Part shown: in pieces, positions 1 through 12,549 of the stretch | Layout of the letters: each line of letters begins with the position of its first letter | Position numbering within the stretch: position 1 is the first letter of the stretch | NCBI GenBank assembly: GCA_036172245.1 | Contig: JAYWIR010000016.1 | Location: 2,852,001 to 2,916,000, forward strand | Source of the DNA: Raillietiella orientalis | Taxonomy: Eukaryota | Length of the DNA stretch: 64,000 nt | Reading direction: 5' to 3' | Program-made: the position numbers and the translations under genes | The notes under the pieces: generated by a model | What the model saw: the letters and a program-made list of their open reading frames with translations, nothing else | The model's database searches: none | What the model was told of the DNA's origin: nothing

Positions 1-900
1 GTTTTGTTCTCGTGGGGAGTTGGCAATTGGGGAATGTTAGAGCGTATTCGAGCACATGCATCTTTTATTTTGAAAACTTATCGTGAACGTACTTGCATGT
101 TCGATGAAGTGTTTTCTCAAATGGTTGAAGGCACGTGAATTATATCCGGAGAAGTGTGTTCGTGTGCTTGTTCCACAATGATAGTTAAACTGTAGTGAGC
201 AGTTTGGTGCGAGTTATGAGATTTGCCATACTCATCGAATACACTTATTTCTTCATCGGTCCGTTTTCTTGCAACAATCTGGAGGCTTTTCAATTTTAAA
301 ATTCGAATAATTTCCAAGCGTACGTGTGTAGCGTTGCTGAGTGCAGTCTGCTTCATCTAGAGTTTTTGTGAATTTTGAGATGTGCCATACAATTTTATGG
401 TAGTACGAATTTTCAAAGTGGGCTCACTCGATACTGTCATTGCATTGAACTTTATAGAGTATGTTCGTGTTATAAAAGAGCAATTGCACAAGTGTATAGA
501 ATGGTTCTGGGAGGAAAGTCTTCAAGAATACAAGGACTGTGGGGTGGTAACAAATACTTCTTTAGATTTTGCTGTCAGAATTTGATCAGTATCTAACAGG
601 GAGCCGTTTTAAACTCCTGTTGGAGTAAATTTTTACTTTTACTTTAGTTTATTAAATAAACTAAGGTAAGTGTAAATTTGAGTCTGGTTTGTTTTGTTTT
701 AAAAGATAAAATTGTTTAGCACATGCAAGTGCAACATTATAGAATTAAGGCAAAATCGTTATTGAATTGTTCAATTTTCGTTTCAGAATTATCATATCAC
801 TTAGTTTGGAGATCACCAGTATCCCATGACTGTGTTAATTGCTGTTGTGTTTCATTTTTTCCAGAAATTTCAAAGAATTAAAACTTGATTTTATAAGCTG

Positions 901-1535
901 ATGGCAAAAGTCGATTTGGAACTAAAGAAGGTAACAACATCCATGTGGTATAGTTTTAGAGGAGTACAGAAACTATGTTTATGACATACTTAGATTTAAA
1001 GCATTCGAGTGAATAAAACAGTAAAGGTTTCAGTTAGATAGATGAGATTGTTTTACTTTTCTATTATGTGTTGTATTTGTATGATTGAAACAATTAGGCT
1101 TTTCAAGAACTTCAACAGCAAACACTAGAAACAACACAGAAATTAAAAATAGCAGATATGCAGAAGGAAGCTTTGCAAAAATGCATTAAACGTTCTTGTC
1201 TTATAAAAAAAGAACTAGAAGTAAGTTTAGTCAGCATTGTTATTGCTATTAATTTCAAAGTAGGCACTTCCAGCTGGAGTTAAGATGTATGAAAGCATAG
1301 GAAGAATGTTCGTAATATCAAATAGAGATAAAGTTAATGAAATGCTAAAAGCCAAGAAGGATGCAGCAAAAGCTAAGATAAGCAACATAGAGGTATTTAA
1401 TTCCACTTATATGCACTGGATGTTACATATCATAATTTTTAGTCTACAAAACAGTATTTAGAAGGAAACTTGAAAGAAACGGAGAACAACTTGAGAGAGC
1501 TAATTCAGCAAAAAAAGGAACTCTTGACAAATTGA
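901..1535 (+). CDS. PFDN1: Prefoldin subunit 1 (4 coding exons: 901-930, 1098-1220, 1264-1392, 1443-1535; about 124 aa)
   Basis: Spliced translation MAKVDLELKK|AFQELQQQTLETTQKLKIADMQ...|ALPAGVKMYESIGRMFV...|STKQYLEGNLKETENNLRELIQQKK... matches prefoldin-1 motifs (DLELKKAF, MYESIGRMF, ENNLRELI). All introns are GT-AG and phase 0. A probable 5' UTR donor lies at about 666. Confidence 0.95.
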
Positions 1536-1564
1536 TACTTATTTTATTGTCCAACTAAGACATT

Positions 1565-4461
1565 TCAACTGCTGCCTACAGGGTTGTTGGATGTTGGAGG
1601 CTCATCATCATTTAAAACAACCTATTAATTATAAATAAATAAATGTTAACAACCATTTTAGGAGACTAGATTTCTCACTTGAAGTATTTTGGCCATTTCT
1701 TCAGCATCTTTCACCATCTTCTGAAGCAGCATGTTGTCCTTTTCTAATCTAGATATTTTTTCATGCAGCATGTGATTCTCTTCTAAAGCTTTCTCTAAAG
1801 CTACTCTACGACTTTCTGCCAGTAGTTCCCAGTATCTTTTTGGAACATGCTCTAGACCTGGATCAAATTACATTCCACCGTTTTTAAAGTTACCATCAGT
1901 TATTAACAGCAATTTCTCAGATACGTGATCACTGCTAGATGGCTTTTTACAAGTACCATTGTGTTCATCCTCATAAACTTCACCAGTCGATCTAGAAAAT
2001 TTTGTAAAATTTTGAGAAAGTTTGAAAATCAGTGTGTGCACACATGCAAACCCTGCATTGTTTTCAAGATAATTTCTTTCTGTACACAAAGGCACTACAA
2101 ACCTCTTTGTTATTTTTTGCCTGACATCAGCTGGTTCCCCATTTATGGCATGTAATGGTTGTTTTTTGTTGGAGCTTTTGGTCTGGAAATATCAAAGTAA
2201 AGAATCACAGATAACTTGCTCTTATGGTCATTTCTTATATGGTTCCATCAGCAATATTTTTAATAAGGTGGAAATGAGAAAATAATGTTATAGTCAATGT
2301 TTCTTTAAAGATGTTGGTAACATATCATGTCATATAGCTGATGTCCTGACATTCAGTATTAACACATGAAATAAATAAAAAAATTCAGAAAATGCAAAAT
2401 CCTCACATTTTCACTAAAGTGTGTGCACAGACCTATTAGTACCATTTCCACCTTCCACTTTTCTTTTTATTCCCTAAATATATTCCGTGTTTTATGCACT
2501 TTGATATGAATAATGTGAATTATTTTCCTCTGATTCCAGTGTTTGCGGATATGGTACGTCCGTTTTTTAAAAAATAATTCAGTAAGAAATACTGAATCTT
2601 GAAAAAATGCATTGAAAAAAATGGCAGAACACCCTTACTTCATTTAACAAACATGCTTCATCATGCAAATTGTTCAGTCATTCATGATATGGAAGAAATG
2701 TAAACATGAGGAAAAGCACCCAACATTAGTTGTGTTTGAAGAAATATCCTAATTATGCAAAGCAAGCACTTCTTACTTTGTAACGAAGTTGAACAAAAGT
2801 GACTGTTTTTGATTAGAAAAAATGCTTGTGGTTATTTTGAGGGGAATTTGGTTTCTTCTCAGACTGGCTAGGCCCCATAACACTGTGATGAAAAATTTAT
2901 TCTGCACGATGAATCCTCTAGTGTTGTGGTCTTGTTTCTTGTTTCCATATATTATGCTGCAAACATCTGTATCATCATATTGATGTTTTCTAAGATGGAG
3001 CATCTTTGCTGCATAATCTTCTGGTTGATCCAACAGACTGAATATGCATTCAATGTCATTATGATTAGTTTCTGTTTGAGTTATGATTAAGTTTCACACA
3101 CACTCCAGAAGTTTCCTCCTCAACAACCACCAAAGGTAAATAAAAGATTTACTTTGCAATTTTTTGATCTTTCACATTCTAATTTTAATTTTTGCGATGT
3201 TTCAGCCTTCCTTATCTTATATAGGGAAGGCACTGTATTGTTTGAAATATCTTACCTACTGTTCTTCACATCATGGAATCTATTGCTACAGTTATTAGCT
3301 ACACTGATCCTTTAAAATTCAGAAACTGGAGACATGTACACTTTAAAGTTCTAGAAAACTTGCAAGAAATGTTCAACAATCAAGAAATAATTACAAGATT
3401 ACATGAAGCATCCGTTGAGAAAACGTTGCTAAAACATGCTTTGAAAATTAAAAACACATGCAAATATAAAACTGAGTTTCCAGGTGCCAAGACATCAGGT
3501 TTAAAACATTAAGCATACAATCAAAGATATAATAACCACATGCAATGGGGAATTCTTTTTCAATAAATGAAAACCTGAAATTTTCATTTTCAAATTCCCA
3601 TTCCAGGCAAGTAGTGGAGGGATTATCATATATAACTGTGCTCTTAGCTTGTTTGAAGAAGCTTGTTTCTACTTTGTAGGTTTATATAATATATGAGCAC
3701 TTACATTTTCTTTTGAATATGGTGCCATTGTTCCTTCAAAAACATAACTTCCTCGGTACATATAGCATACAATTCGCTTTTAAGTGCATGATTTTTAAGA
3801 CATTTTGCAAAAACTTTTGTTCCAAAAAGCTTTTAAAGAACATCTAGTAAAATGGTACACCTAAGCATTTTGGTTGAATTCTAACACAACAATTTCCAAA
3901 TTATTATTATGATAATTTTGATGTGACTTCATTCCATCTTAAAACAAGGTATCAGATCATTATTTTTAAAACTATTACCAAATTCAAGTGTGTTCTTTTA
4001 TGCTTGAATAAAAAATGAATATTGGTCTTTAAAAAAAAAATTCTGAATCATGTAATCATTATAAATGATTTCATGGGAAACTTCACTATGTGTTCACAAA
4101 CATGCTTTTCTTGGATTTATTCTTTGCTTTCAACATCCTTCAGCTCAAAAGTAATCTTCCAGTGATTGAATTTTAAACAATTATTTAAATTTTCCAATAA
4201 TTGTAGAACCAAACTCTGTTGTTTACTAAAACTATTCGCGACATGGACAAACCAAAGTGAATCCTTTTAAAATTACTGTTTCCTGCCTTAACATATTAAA
4301 GTATGCATACTGATAAACTAACAAATTGTAATGCATTCATTTCGTCAAACCGTAATCATCAGCTGTAAAATTCGAATTTAGACTTTTACTTTCATAAATT
4401 TCGTTTTAGAAGTTGCATGAACAGGAATATTCTCAGCATCTTCGGTGGTCAGCTTAGACAT
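1565..4461 (-). CDS. GMNN: Geminin (exons 1565-1621, 1679-1851 or 1857, 1894-1991, 2052-2182; probable first coding exon 4390-4461)
   Basis: Exon 1679-1851 encodes HVPKRYWELLAESRRVALEKALEENHMLHEKISRLEKDNMLLQKMVKDAEEMAKILQ, the geminin coiled coil (YW..LAE.RR.AL..AL.EN). A D-box-like KQPLHAIN lies upstream. Splice phases are consistent. The 5' exon (MSKLTTEDAENIP...FMK, phase-0 donor) is less certain. Confidence 0.85.
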
Positions 4462-5899
4462 ATTGAATCGGTATGCTTGTTACACACCAAAGTCACTCAT
4501 TAGATAAGCTTCTTGGCATTTTACCTGTGAAGAAAACAAATTAAAATCATGCAGAAAGTGTGAAAGCATTTTACTTACATGCCCGGAACTCCGAAGTAAG
4601 ATTCCTTACAAACGTGGTAACACCGTAAAATTGAATTGAGCGCTCAAAACAGATTTGCCAGAATCGCAAGCTATTTTTGAATGGCGTCAATTTTTCCAGC
4701 TAGCGACTGTGGTTAACAAAAGCTCATTTGCGATCAAATGAATACTTAGATGCAAGTAATTGCTTACGAATGTTTGGGATTATCAAGAATATGAATTACT
4801 TGTTTACTTCTCATCAATCTCGAGCAGATTTGTGGAAATCATTTGCCATCTATGAAGAATGTAATTTTTGAAATAAGTTTTTTTCCTCCTCTCCCTCTTA
4901 ATTTTAAACCCATAAAACTAGAATGAGCCCATTATTTCGAGAATTCTAAAAATTTAAAAGATTTTGATACTAAATTCGTCTAGAAAACACTTTGGTCTAG
5001 GATGAACACACCAAAGATATTTCTTTGGCATGGCATCAGTTTTTTTCGCTCATGTCTTCAAATTTGATTATTCTACTTGTTACTTCTGTAATATCAAAAC
5101 TATAGATATTGATCTACTAGTTGTGCATTCACGATAACTGGAGAAAGTATGAATGTAGGTTGAATGCTTTCTACAATTCTTAGTTTTGAAAGATGGTCTT
5201 TTTAATTGGAATGTCATTTCGTGATGCCTTTAGTTCCTCATTGATCGCTCTATCCTATATCTCTGATAATCATTTATTAATGATATGATTTATCGGATTT
5301 GTTTCAATCATTTCATGGTTTAGGTCAATGTACTTAAATCTCATTTATGGAGCTTTATTTTTCATTTATTCAAATTCAAAACTATATGTATACATTCAGC
5401 TTGAGTCCATTCTTTCTCTTTAACTGAGAAGAGACGTTATAGGTGTGGAAACAGTGAAAGCAAGCAAGAGAATACTCATGAGTATTTGTGAATAATTACA
5501 AAAATTGATTTTATCAATTAAAAACTACTGCATTTGTGAAAAATAAAAAATATGTTGCCAAAATACTACCAAGTCTGTTGCAATCAATATGGAATGCTTT
5601 TTACAACGGAGATTCTAAGGAATGCTTTTATATAAGTGAGTTTGAATTTTTTTCTTTCTGTTTGCAATACTCCAGAAGTTCGGAACTACAACTTTTAATA
5701 CAACATAATCAAAAGCATCCTTACTTGACTTCATTCTTGTGGAAACTCCATAATTAAAATGTTTAGAACTCGTGTGTTTTGAATCCGACCATTATTCGAA
5801 ATAATTCTGGAATTATTCGGAAAGCGGAAACATCGGTAAACACGGAGTTTCATATTGCTGCGTGCACTCCAAGATAGCAAGTTCTTGAAAACATTGAAA

Positions 5900-7500
5900 G
5901 CCAAAAAAGAAACACATGACTTAATCTGTTGGTATTAAACTCATTGCTTCACCTACTTTTCTTGCATTCATTAAATTTATCTGGTTATATTGGGCTGTTT
6001 CCTTAAGAAGACATGCGTACTTAGTTGCAAAAACGAAGGAAGGAAGAAAAAGAAATCCAACGAATTGAAGTGTCGCGGTTGTAGGCAATTTGGCAGCAAT
6101 CGCTAAATTGCCAGATCCTATTTTGTAGTATGTTATGCAACCTTTGGTTATCATGGATGCGGAGCCTGCATGTACACAATAAAACTCCTAGCTGATCAAC
6201 AGACGAGGAAAAATTACTGCATGGAATTTGTCTGTTTTTTTTTTTTTTTTTCCTGCAATTCCATCCATAATCTGTTGCATCTGTTGCATTCCAGCAGCGC
6301 GCTATAGGTTTCGATGCGGCTTTTGAAGGGCAGTCTTTCATTCATTTCGAAACACCCAGAAATAACAACTTGACACTGTGTTTTAGGTCATCCATAGTAT
6401 TAAAATTAACGACAAATTTCAACACCGATGTAAGGGCTGAAATCGTCTTACCGAGTACATTTTTGAAACCCTGCAAAACGGTCCATATGACCATGCAAGT
6501 TCCTTGCAGTTAGTAAAATCAGTAAGAATGCAGGCAGTGCTTCTGCCTAAACCGATGCTAGCAGTATCTCTGCCGGCCTATTTTGCCACGTGGATAGGAT
6601 GTTATGAGTTCGTAGTTGGTCATTACTGCCTCTAAAGTTTCAATTTTGCTTTTCTGAACCAAAGACTAAATGCTGATAAAAAAATCCGGTCATGAGGAAT
6701 CATCGATGTTGGCATTCTTCACGTATAAATCCGATCTTCTTGAAGTAAACTATTGGCTCACTTTTTGGTTCTGCAGCCCAAGTGCATTACTAAAGGTCCA
6801 GCACCGGAGGATTACACCTTCTGCAATACCCTCCTTCCGAAGCGCTTTGTATGCGACTGCGATTTTTTCCGTGCGATCAAAAAATTGAATCTCCGTGACT
6901 TTTTGGCTCCATAAATAAGACGAAACAAAAATCATGCAACAGATTGGTGAATGTTTGCAAGCTCAATCAGTGGGTATCGCAGCTGCCAAAATGCAGCAAT
7001 GGTGATGGCTTTCACGGTCAGAGAAGACAACACATAAACAATTTGTCTTCCGCGTTCGTAGATGGAAATCTTTCACATGTGACTTCGAAGTAGCATGCCA
7101 GGTGGAATTGACGTGCATTATTTGGAGCGGATTTCTTGGCAAATGGAGTGATATTCTAGTGATGGATGGAAAGTCGGCCTATTCATTTTCCGGCAGAAAT
7201 GTCTCGATGTACCGTGGATCAGGTTCCAGTTCTGAGTGCAGTAAATTTGTTTGTGTGTTGGATTCCTCAAGACGCATTCGTTTTCTTTCCTTGCCTTGTT
7301 GAGTGCCGTAAGCGATTTGGATTTCTTCCTTCGCAGCTCTTCCAGCAGTGACCTTCTCGACAACTTGGCGCATGCTCCTTGATACTGCATCGTAAGAATT
7401 TTCGGTGTTCCGTCACCGGAAAGCAAAAAAGATACGGACAGGGCTGTTTCCCGGGATGTCATAGGAGAACTGTTTTGGCAAGTTCCTATCGAGATGCCTT
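5900..7500. mobile_element. Decayed ISL2EU/PHIS-like DNA transposon: DDE transposase pseudogene (-, about 6350-7500) tail-to-tail with a YqaJ nuclease remnant (+, about 5900-6400)
   Basis: The minus strand, read across frameshifts, gives AEDKLFMCCLL (HTH_Tnp_4-like EDQLFM), FFDRTEKI (IIDCTEI), KVSQ*FTSRRSDLYVKNAN (FVS..GGR.SD) and RNLHGHMDRFAG (RIHVERAIG). The plus strand gives AYLVAKT..ELKCR..PIL*YVMQPLVI, YqaJ-like. Visual comparison only. Confidence 0.6.
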
Positions 7501-7545
7501 CGCGCATCTTCCGTACCTTCTGTTTCTCTTGTGGAGCGTCTCCAA

Positions 7546-7808
7546 CATGCTGGCGGTGCTCCCTCCCATCAACTGCCTCACTGATACCATTCTGACAAAA
7601 TATCGGACGATTTAAGAAAGAAAGAGAGGAAAAGGCTTCCGGCAGCGCCTTGCATCGGATGGGGTCTTCGCCATGAGGCCGATGCAGAAGACTCATCCGA
7701 GCACAGCGAACACCGGGGATGCGGAGCAGGGGAGATGCCGGTGGGCATCCCGTGCTAGACGACCCTTTCCTCATGGTGGAAACACCGTGCTCTCGGCTGA
7801 CCTCAGGA
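7546..7808 (+). repeat. About 263-bp inverted copy of 9632-9894 (fragment of the SWIM-YqaJ gene)
   Basis: Near-identical in reverse complement, e.g. CCGAGCACAGCGAACACCGGGGATGCGGAGCAGGGGAGATGCCGGTGGGCATCCCGTGCTAGACGACCC. Both copies translate to PMQKT.PSTANTGDAEQGRCRWASRARRP. Confidence 0.9.
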
Positions 7809-8918
7809 AACAAATTACGACGAGTACCAAAAGCCGAAAAAAAAAAAAGAAAAATTGAAATAGAAGAAATGGCAGTCAAATAGAAGGGCCACTCACGGTT
7901 ATAAGAAATTCAAAAGACATTCCCTCGGGCAGTGACTGAATTTTTCCATTGCGCAGACCTCACGAATCGCTCACTCCAGGATGTGCTGTGTGTATAAATC
8001 CGTAGCGTACGAAAGTGAAACAGCGCACCCTCAAATCAGAGAGGGACATCGAGCACGAACACCGGTAGCTCCCGAACACCCTCGCGCTTCCCACCAAGAA
8101 GAGGCGCGCGCTCGTGTGTTGTGCATCGCTCCTTGGAGCCGGTGACTCGGAAGATGTCCGCATAGCGACCAAGGAGAAATCCGCGGAAGCAAACGGCGGA
8201 AAAGAATTCGCTTCGCAGTCCGGGAGTCGCAGGCGCGCCGGACCCTGCGCAGATTCCTCTTCACGGTGCAACAGGAAGAGCAGCAACAACAAAACAGTCC
8301 GAGTGACCAGCGCTCGCAAACAAAATTCCTCCGAACTTATGCTAACGAACACCTGGGTAAGCAAACAAGTGCACGGGCGTGTTGAGCTCAGTCTTCTTCG
8401 AGCCCACCGAGCATCCCAATTCTGGTACAGAAACCGCCGGAGCCGGTACACATCTTAGCAGGACTGCAGCACCGACCTCGGAGTCATCGACTCTGCCGGT
8501 CAGGTGCGCGCAATTCTTCTCACAAGAAGTTCCGGAGGACCGGCAAAGTTTATTCAGCCTCCCCTCTTCTTCCTTCTCCGAAGCAAAGAGAATTTAAAAG
8601 GGGGAGGGGAAGGGGAGGGGAATTCTTTGCTTCCTAAACCTTGAGATGAAGAGAGGGAAGGCCAAAAGGAGAATAGAGGCAAGTCCGAAGGCGCTTCGAC
8701 TGCGCCACCCATTCATTTGCCGGAATTTTCCATCGCGCCCTGCGAGATCTCTGCGAACCCGGATGCGATTTCACTGCCTCCGGAGGAAGGTGAGGGACCA
8801 ACCAGCACCCCTTCTAGGTAAGCGCAGGGCACGTCCTCGCCCCCCCCCCCCTCCTTCCAAGGTCACCCGAATTTTCCGTTGCAGGACGCACCGCCGCGTC
8901 CTGCAACGTCTTTACGGT

Positions 8919-10200
8919 TACTCGGTAAGACGATTTCAGCCCTTACATCTGTATTGAAATTTGTCGTTAATTTTAATACTATGGATGACCTAAAACACAG
9001 CCTTCTGAACGGGCATGGTTTCACGGGTGACGCGCAGTTGCACGGGATTCCCGATGCAGGCAACGTATCGTGAGAACCCGAGAGGCGGTCGTGACCCATT
9101 TTTCGCGAGCGGCGTACCCTCTTTCCGCCTCGGTGGAATTTCATCGGCGAGGTGCCGCTGCTCCGCGACCCGCTGTTTCCACGGGCACCGATTGCACGTC
9201 TTCTGCACGGAGGGTTTTCCCCCATCTCCCTTCTTGCATCACCTACGAGGCGGACGCAAGATGACGGGAAGTGCTGAGCCGAGAGTCACTTGGCACCCGC
9301 TCCGTTCCGGAGCCCGCACGCCGGGAGGAGGAGGAGTTTCGCTTCGGGCGACCCATCGCCTTTTGACCACCGAGCGAGGTGCGCGTACGAACGCGGGTCG
9401 GCGCGACGCTGGAGGGAAGCACCTGGTCGTCCCGCACGTTCAGGTGCGCTTCCTGGGTTTCAGGAAACGAGCTCGGGACCCTCAAAGGTGGCACCTTCCG
9501 GCCCCGGGACCATCAAATCGGTGCTGGTTGGCGCGAATTCATCCAGCCTGGATACGCAGCTCTCCCCACCGCATCGACAAGGGATGGGGCAGCTCACTCT
9601 CCACCGTACCTCCGCGCATCATGGACCGGCCTCCTGAGGTCAGCCGAGCGCACGGTGCTTCCACCATGACGAAGGGGTCGTCTAGCACGGGATGCCCACC
9701 GGCATCTCCCCTGCTCCGCATCCCCGGTGTTCGCTGTGCTCGGATCAGTCTTCTGCATCGGACCCATGGCGGAGACCCCATCCGCTGCAGAGCGCTGCTG
9801 GAAACCTGTTCCTCTCTTTCTTTCTTGAATCGTCAAATATTTTTCCAGCGTGGAAGCAGTGAGGGAGTTGACGAAGGGGAGCGCCGCCAGCATGGCTGAG
9901 CCACTCAACAAGAGCAAAAGGTGCAGAACGTGCCTTCTGCATCCTAGCAGCAACTCTTGTTACGTCCCGGCGAACACTTGCGCGTGTCTTCTGACGTGTG
10001 AATATATATTTTTTTGAAGGCCAGTAGCGACCTCATAAAGTGGTCATTACTATCGGCCTTGGACGATGGTCACTCGGCTGTGCCGGAGGAATTCTTCCAT
10101 AAAGCAATGAAAATATATTGGTGCGATGGAACCCTGGGTTCTAACACGTGCAATGCACCTGCCGAAGAGCGGTACGCAGAGCCGGTGAGGTCCGCTTCGG
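8919..10200 (-). mobile_element. Decayed SWIM-YqaJ gene of an ISL2EU-like element, with an 82-bp junction (8919-9000) shared with 6376-6457
   Basis: The minus strand gives, in order, KCSPGRNKSCC..CRRHVLHLLLLL (SWIM-like), LSMRWGELR, SRHLASAS*VM..CNRCPWKQR (PHLGASPDG..EIKCP-like) and KMGHD. 8919-9000 matches the reverse complement of 6376-6457 at 80/82 nt. Confidence 0.55.
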
Positions 10201-10249
10201 CAGCGTGGGGGGGAGGGGAAAACAAACAAACAAGCACACAAAACAGGCG

Positions 10250-10750
10250 AGGGAACTTGCCAGCATCCTGAGCAGGATGCCGGCAACTTCTGTCCGCGTC
10301 TCGTCCAGGCGAGGCCATCTCAAGGCGGTCCTCAGGAAGACCTGCACCCAGTGGATGGCGTCTCTGCCACTCCGGCCTCTTCTTCTGAAGTTCCAGGCCA
10401 CCGTCATCCCGCGAAGACACCAGAGGACTGAGAGAGACGCGGCTGGCGGGAGTGCGGCACCGCGCGCTAAGGAAGAGGCGTCTGAAAAGAAACGTCCCTG
10501 GGGCCGCCCACCACCAGGGTTCCTAGGGTCGTCGCGAGGCGATCCCAAAGGGGTCGGAGGCCAGCACAGTCCAACAGCAGGTGCGGGAGGGCCTTCTTCT
10601 TCCCGCGCCTGTCGCGCTGAATGCCCACGCTCTCCCAGGTCCAGTGATGAAGGCGCACCTTGCATGGGATTCCCCCATACAGGACCCGCAACTCACTCCT
10701 GTCACTCGAGAGGGAATACAGAGATGACGGAAATTCTTTGAGGTTTTCCT
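10250..10750 (+). mobile_element. Decayed Harbinger/ISL2EU-type transposase fragment
   Basis: ORF 10148 contains VLRKTCTQWMASL (HTH-like) and GFPHTGPATHSCHSRGNTEMTEIL, resembling GI.P.G.I.FVS..Y.G..SD.EI. Confidence 0.35.
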
Positions 10751-10981
10751 GTCTTCGCTGCTTTTCTTCCAGCATTTTGTTTCAGTGTTTCTTTTTTTTG
10801 GTTCGCAAAGTGCTGAAGAAACGTTCGCCTCTTTGGGGAGGGGGGGGGGTCACGAATCCCTTTAACAGTGTTCACACCGCCCAGGAGTGCGTGTAACTCT
10901 TCGAGTGAGGGAGGGTGATCCTGGAGGGACCACCCAATGAGTCCAGGAAAGCTCCGGAGGAAGCAGTCCAATCCTCTCTGA

Positions 10982-11310
10982 CTCTTGGAAGGAACCCCGA
11001 AGGGACCTTCGTCCTGGTTTTCTCCTAAAGGAGCCCCGAAGGGAAAGCCTCCTCTCCCTCATTCTCTTCGGAGGAACCCCCCGGTTTGTGGAAACCACTC
11101 CTCGTTTCTTCTTCTCCGAGGGGAACCCGGAAAGCATCTGCTCCTGGAATTTCTCCTCCGGAAGGAACCCGCAAGGAAACCGTTTCCTGTGTTTACTCCT
11201 CTGAAGGGAGCCCCGAAGGGATGCTCCCCAATTCTTCTGAAGGGCTCTCTCCTCGAAGAAAGCAGCTCGCCTCTTGCACTTTGGAGAGCCAAGCCCCGAG
11301 GGGTGGTATC
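10982..11310. repeat. Degenerate minisatellite, about 43-bp unit, 7-8 copies
   Basis: A GAAGG(G)A(A/G)CCC(C)GAAGGG-type core followed by a pyrimidine tract recurs at about 10988, 11027, 11070, 11118, 11161 and 11203. Confidence 0.65.
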
Positions 11311-12549
11311 AACCAGCTCCATGGTACGCGATGGAGAGTTCCCTCCCCCTCCCCTTAGGAGGGGGTGGAAAGCTGCATTTTCACAACTGGAGGGGAACTC
11401 TGAAGGGCTCTTTGATTCCTGGAAAGACATCGGAGGGCCAATTTCCGATCCCGACCAGTCAACGGGTCGGCGATTTGTCGGCGTCAGCCCTCCGCTTGGT
11501 ACCGCGCTCGCAAGACTGCGGCCACATAGCCGCCCGCCAACGCGCGGGCGAACATTCGAATCTCTTCTGGACAGTCTGCGTGCCCTTCCCCTTTTGCGCC
11601 TAAGCTCATCCCGCTGCTGCATCCTCTTTTTTTTTTTTTCATTTTTTTTTCTGACTCATTTCAGCTGCGTACGTCCTCTCGCGAGCGTTCCCCGAGCTTC
11701 GTGCCCCGGCTCAGATCTCTCGCTCTCTTCTTGCTCTCTTTCGAGCCGTTGCACATCCGGCATCCCTCCCGTGCACGTCCGACGCGAGTTTTCCGTCGCG
11801 CGTCCGCTTACTTGGAGAGCAAGCGCGCAAGAGTCCTTCGGGCGGTGGAGGGAGGGGGGGGGGGGACACGTCGGCTACACGCAGTCTCCTGCGTGTAGCC
11901 GGCGTGCCCTCAGGAGACTGCGGCTCGCCAAAAAGCCAGCAGAGGCAAGGTTTCAGTTGCTCGGGACTACGACGACGCATGCGGGTCGCGCCCCGACGAG
12001 ATGAAGGAAGGTTCAGGGGTCCTCCTCCTCCTCCTTTTTTCCGAAAGCCACAAGATGGCTTCCGGCTCCCCGGCTAACTTTTCCCAGTGCACGCCATCCG
12101 ACGGAAGCTCAGCTCGCTCCCGAGGGGAAGAGCGCGCGCGCGCACTCCAGGATATCCTCAAACCAGACCGGAGCCTCCGGGGCTCCAAGCGGTACCCATC
12201 CAGAGGTCGGAGGCGAAGGCCCGTCGGACTTTTCCGGACGTCCCTGCGTTCGGCGTCTCAGAAGCAGCGTCCTTCCTCGAAGGGGCCAATACCCGTCCGG
12301 GTTCCCCCGGCATCTCGTGAAGGACGCGGAGTGCTTCGGGATCCCGGCGTCGCTCGAGCAACAGTTCGACGGTCGGGCCGGGACTCCGCCAGCTCCCTCG
12401 CGATGGCGGAGCTCATGTGCCAGCAAAAGGGTGAGCGTCCCGGTCATATACAGAGGGTAGATGGGTGGGGGGGGATGGAACGTCTGCATCCAGCGACGAC
12501 GACGCTTGACCGCCCGGGAGCGTCGGGATCAGTACCGAGATCTCCTTCC

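Noticed and set aside
117..596. Short ORFs at the window start as a gene divergent from prefoldin
   Set aside because: No consistent exon chain could be built. The plus-strand text (ISSSVRFLAT, EWFWEESL) is weakly YqaJ-like, so it may be another fossil, but the evidence is too weak to call.
2773..3512. ORFs 2773-3033 and 3273-3512
   Set aside because: No recognisable protein and no coherent splice chain. Probably geminin intron, though extra exons are not excluded.
10982..11310. CRISPR-like repeat-spacer reading of the minisatellite
   Set aside because: Eukaryotic context, degenerate repeats, related spacers and no cas genes.
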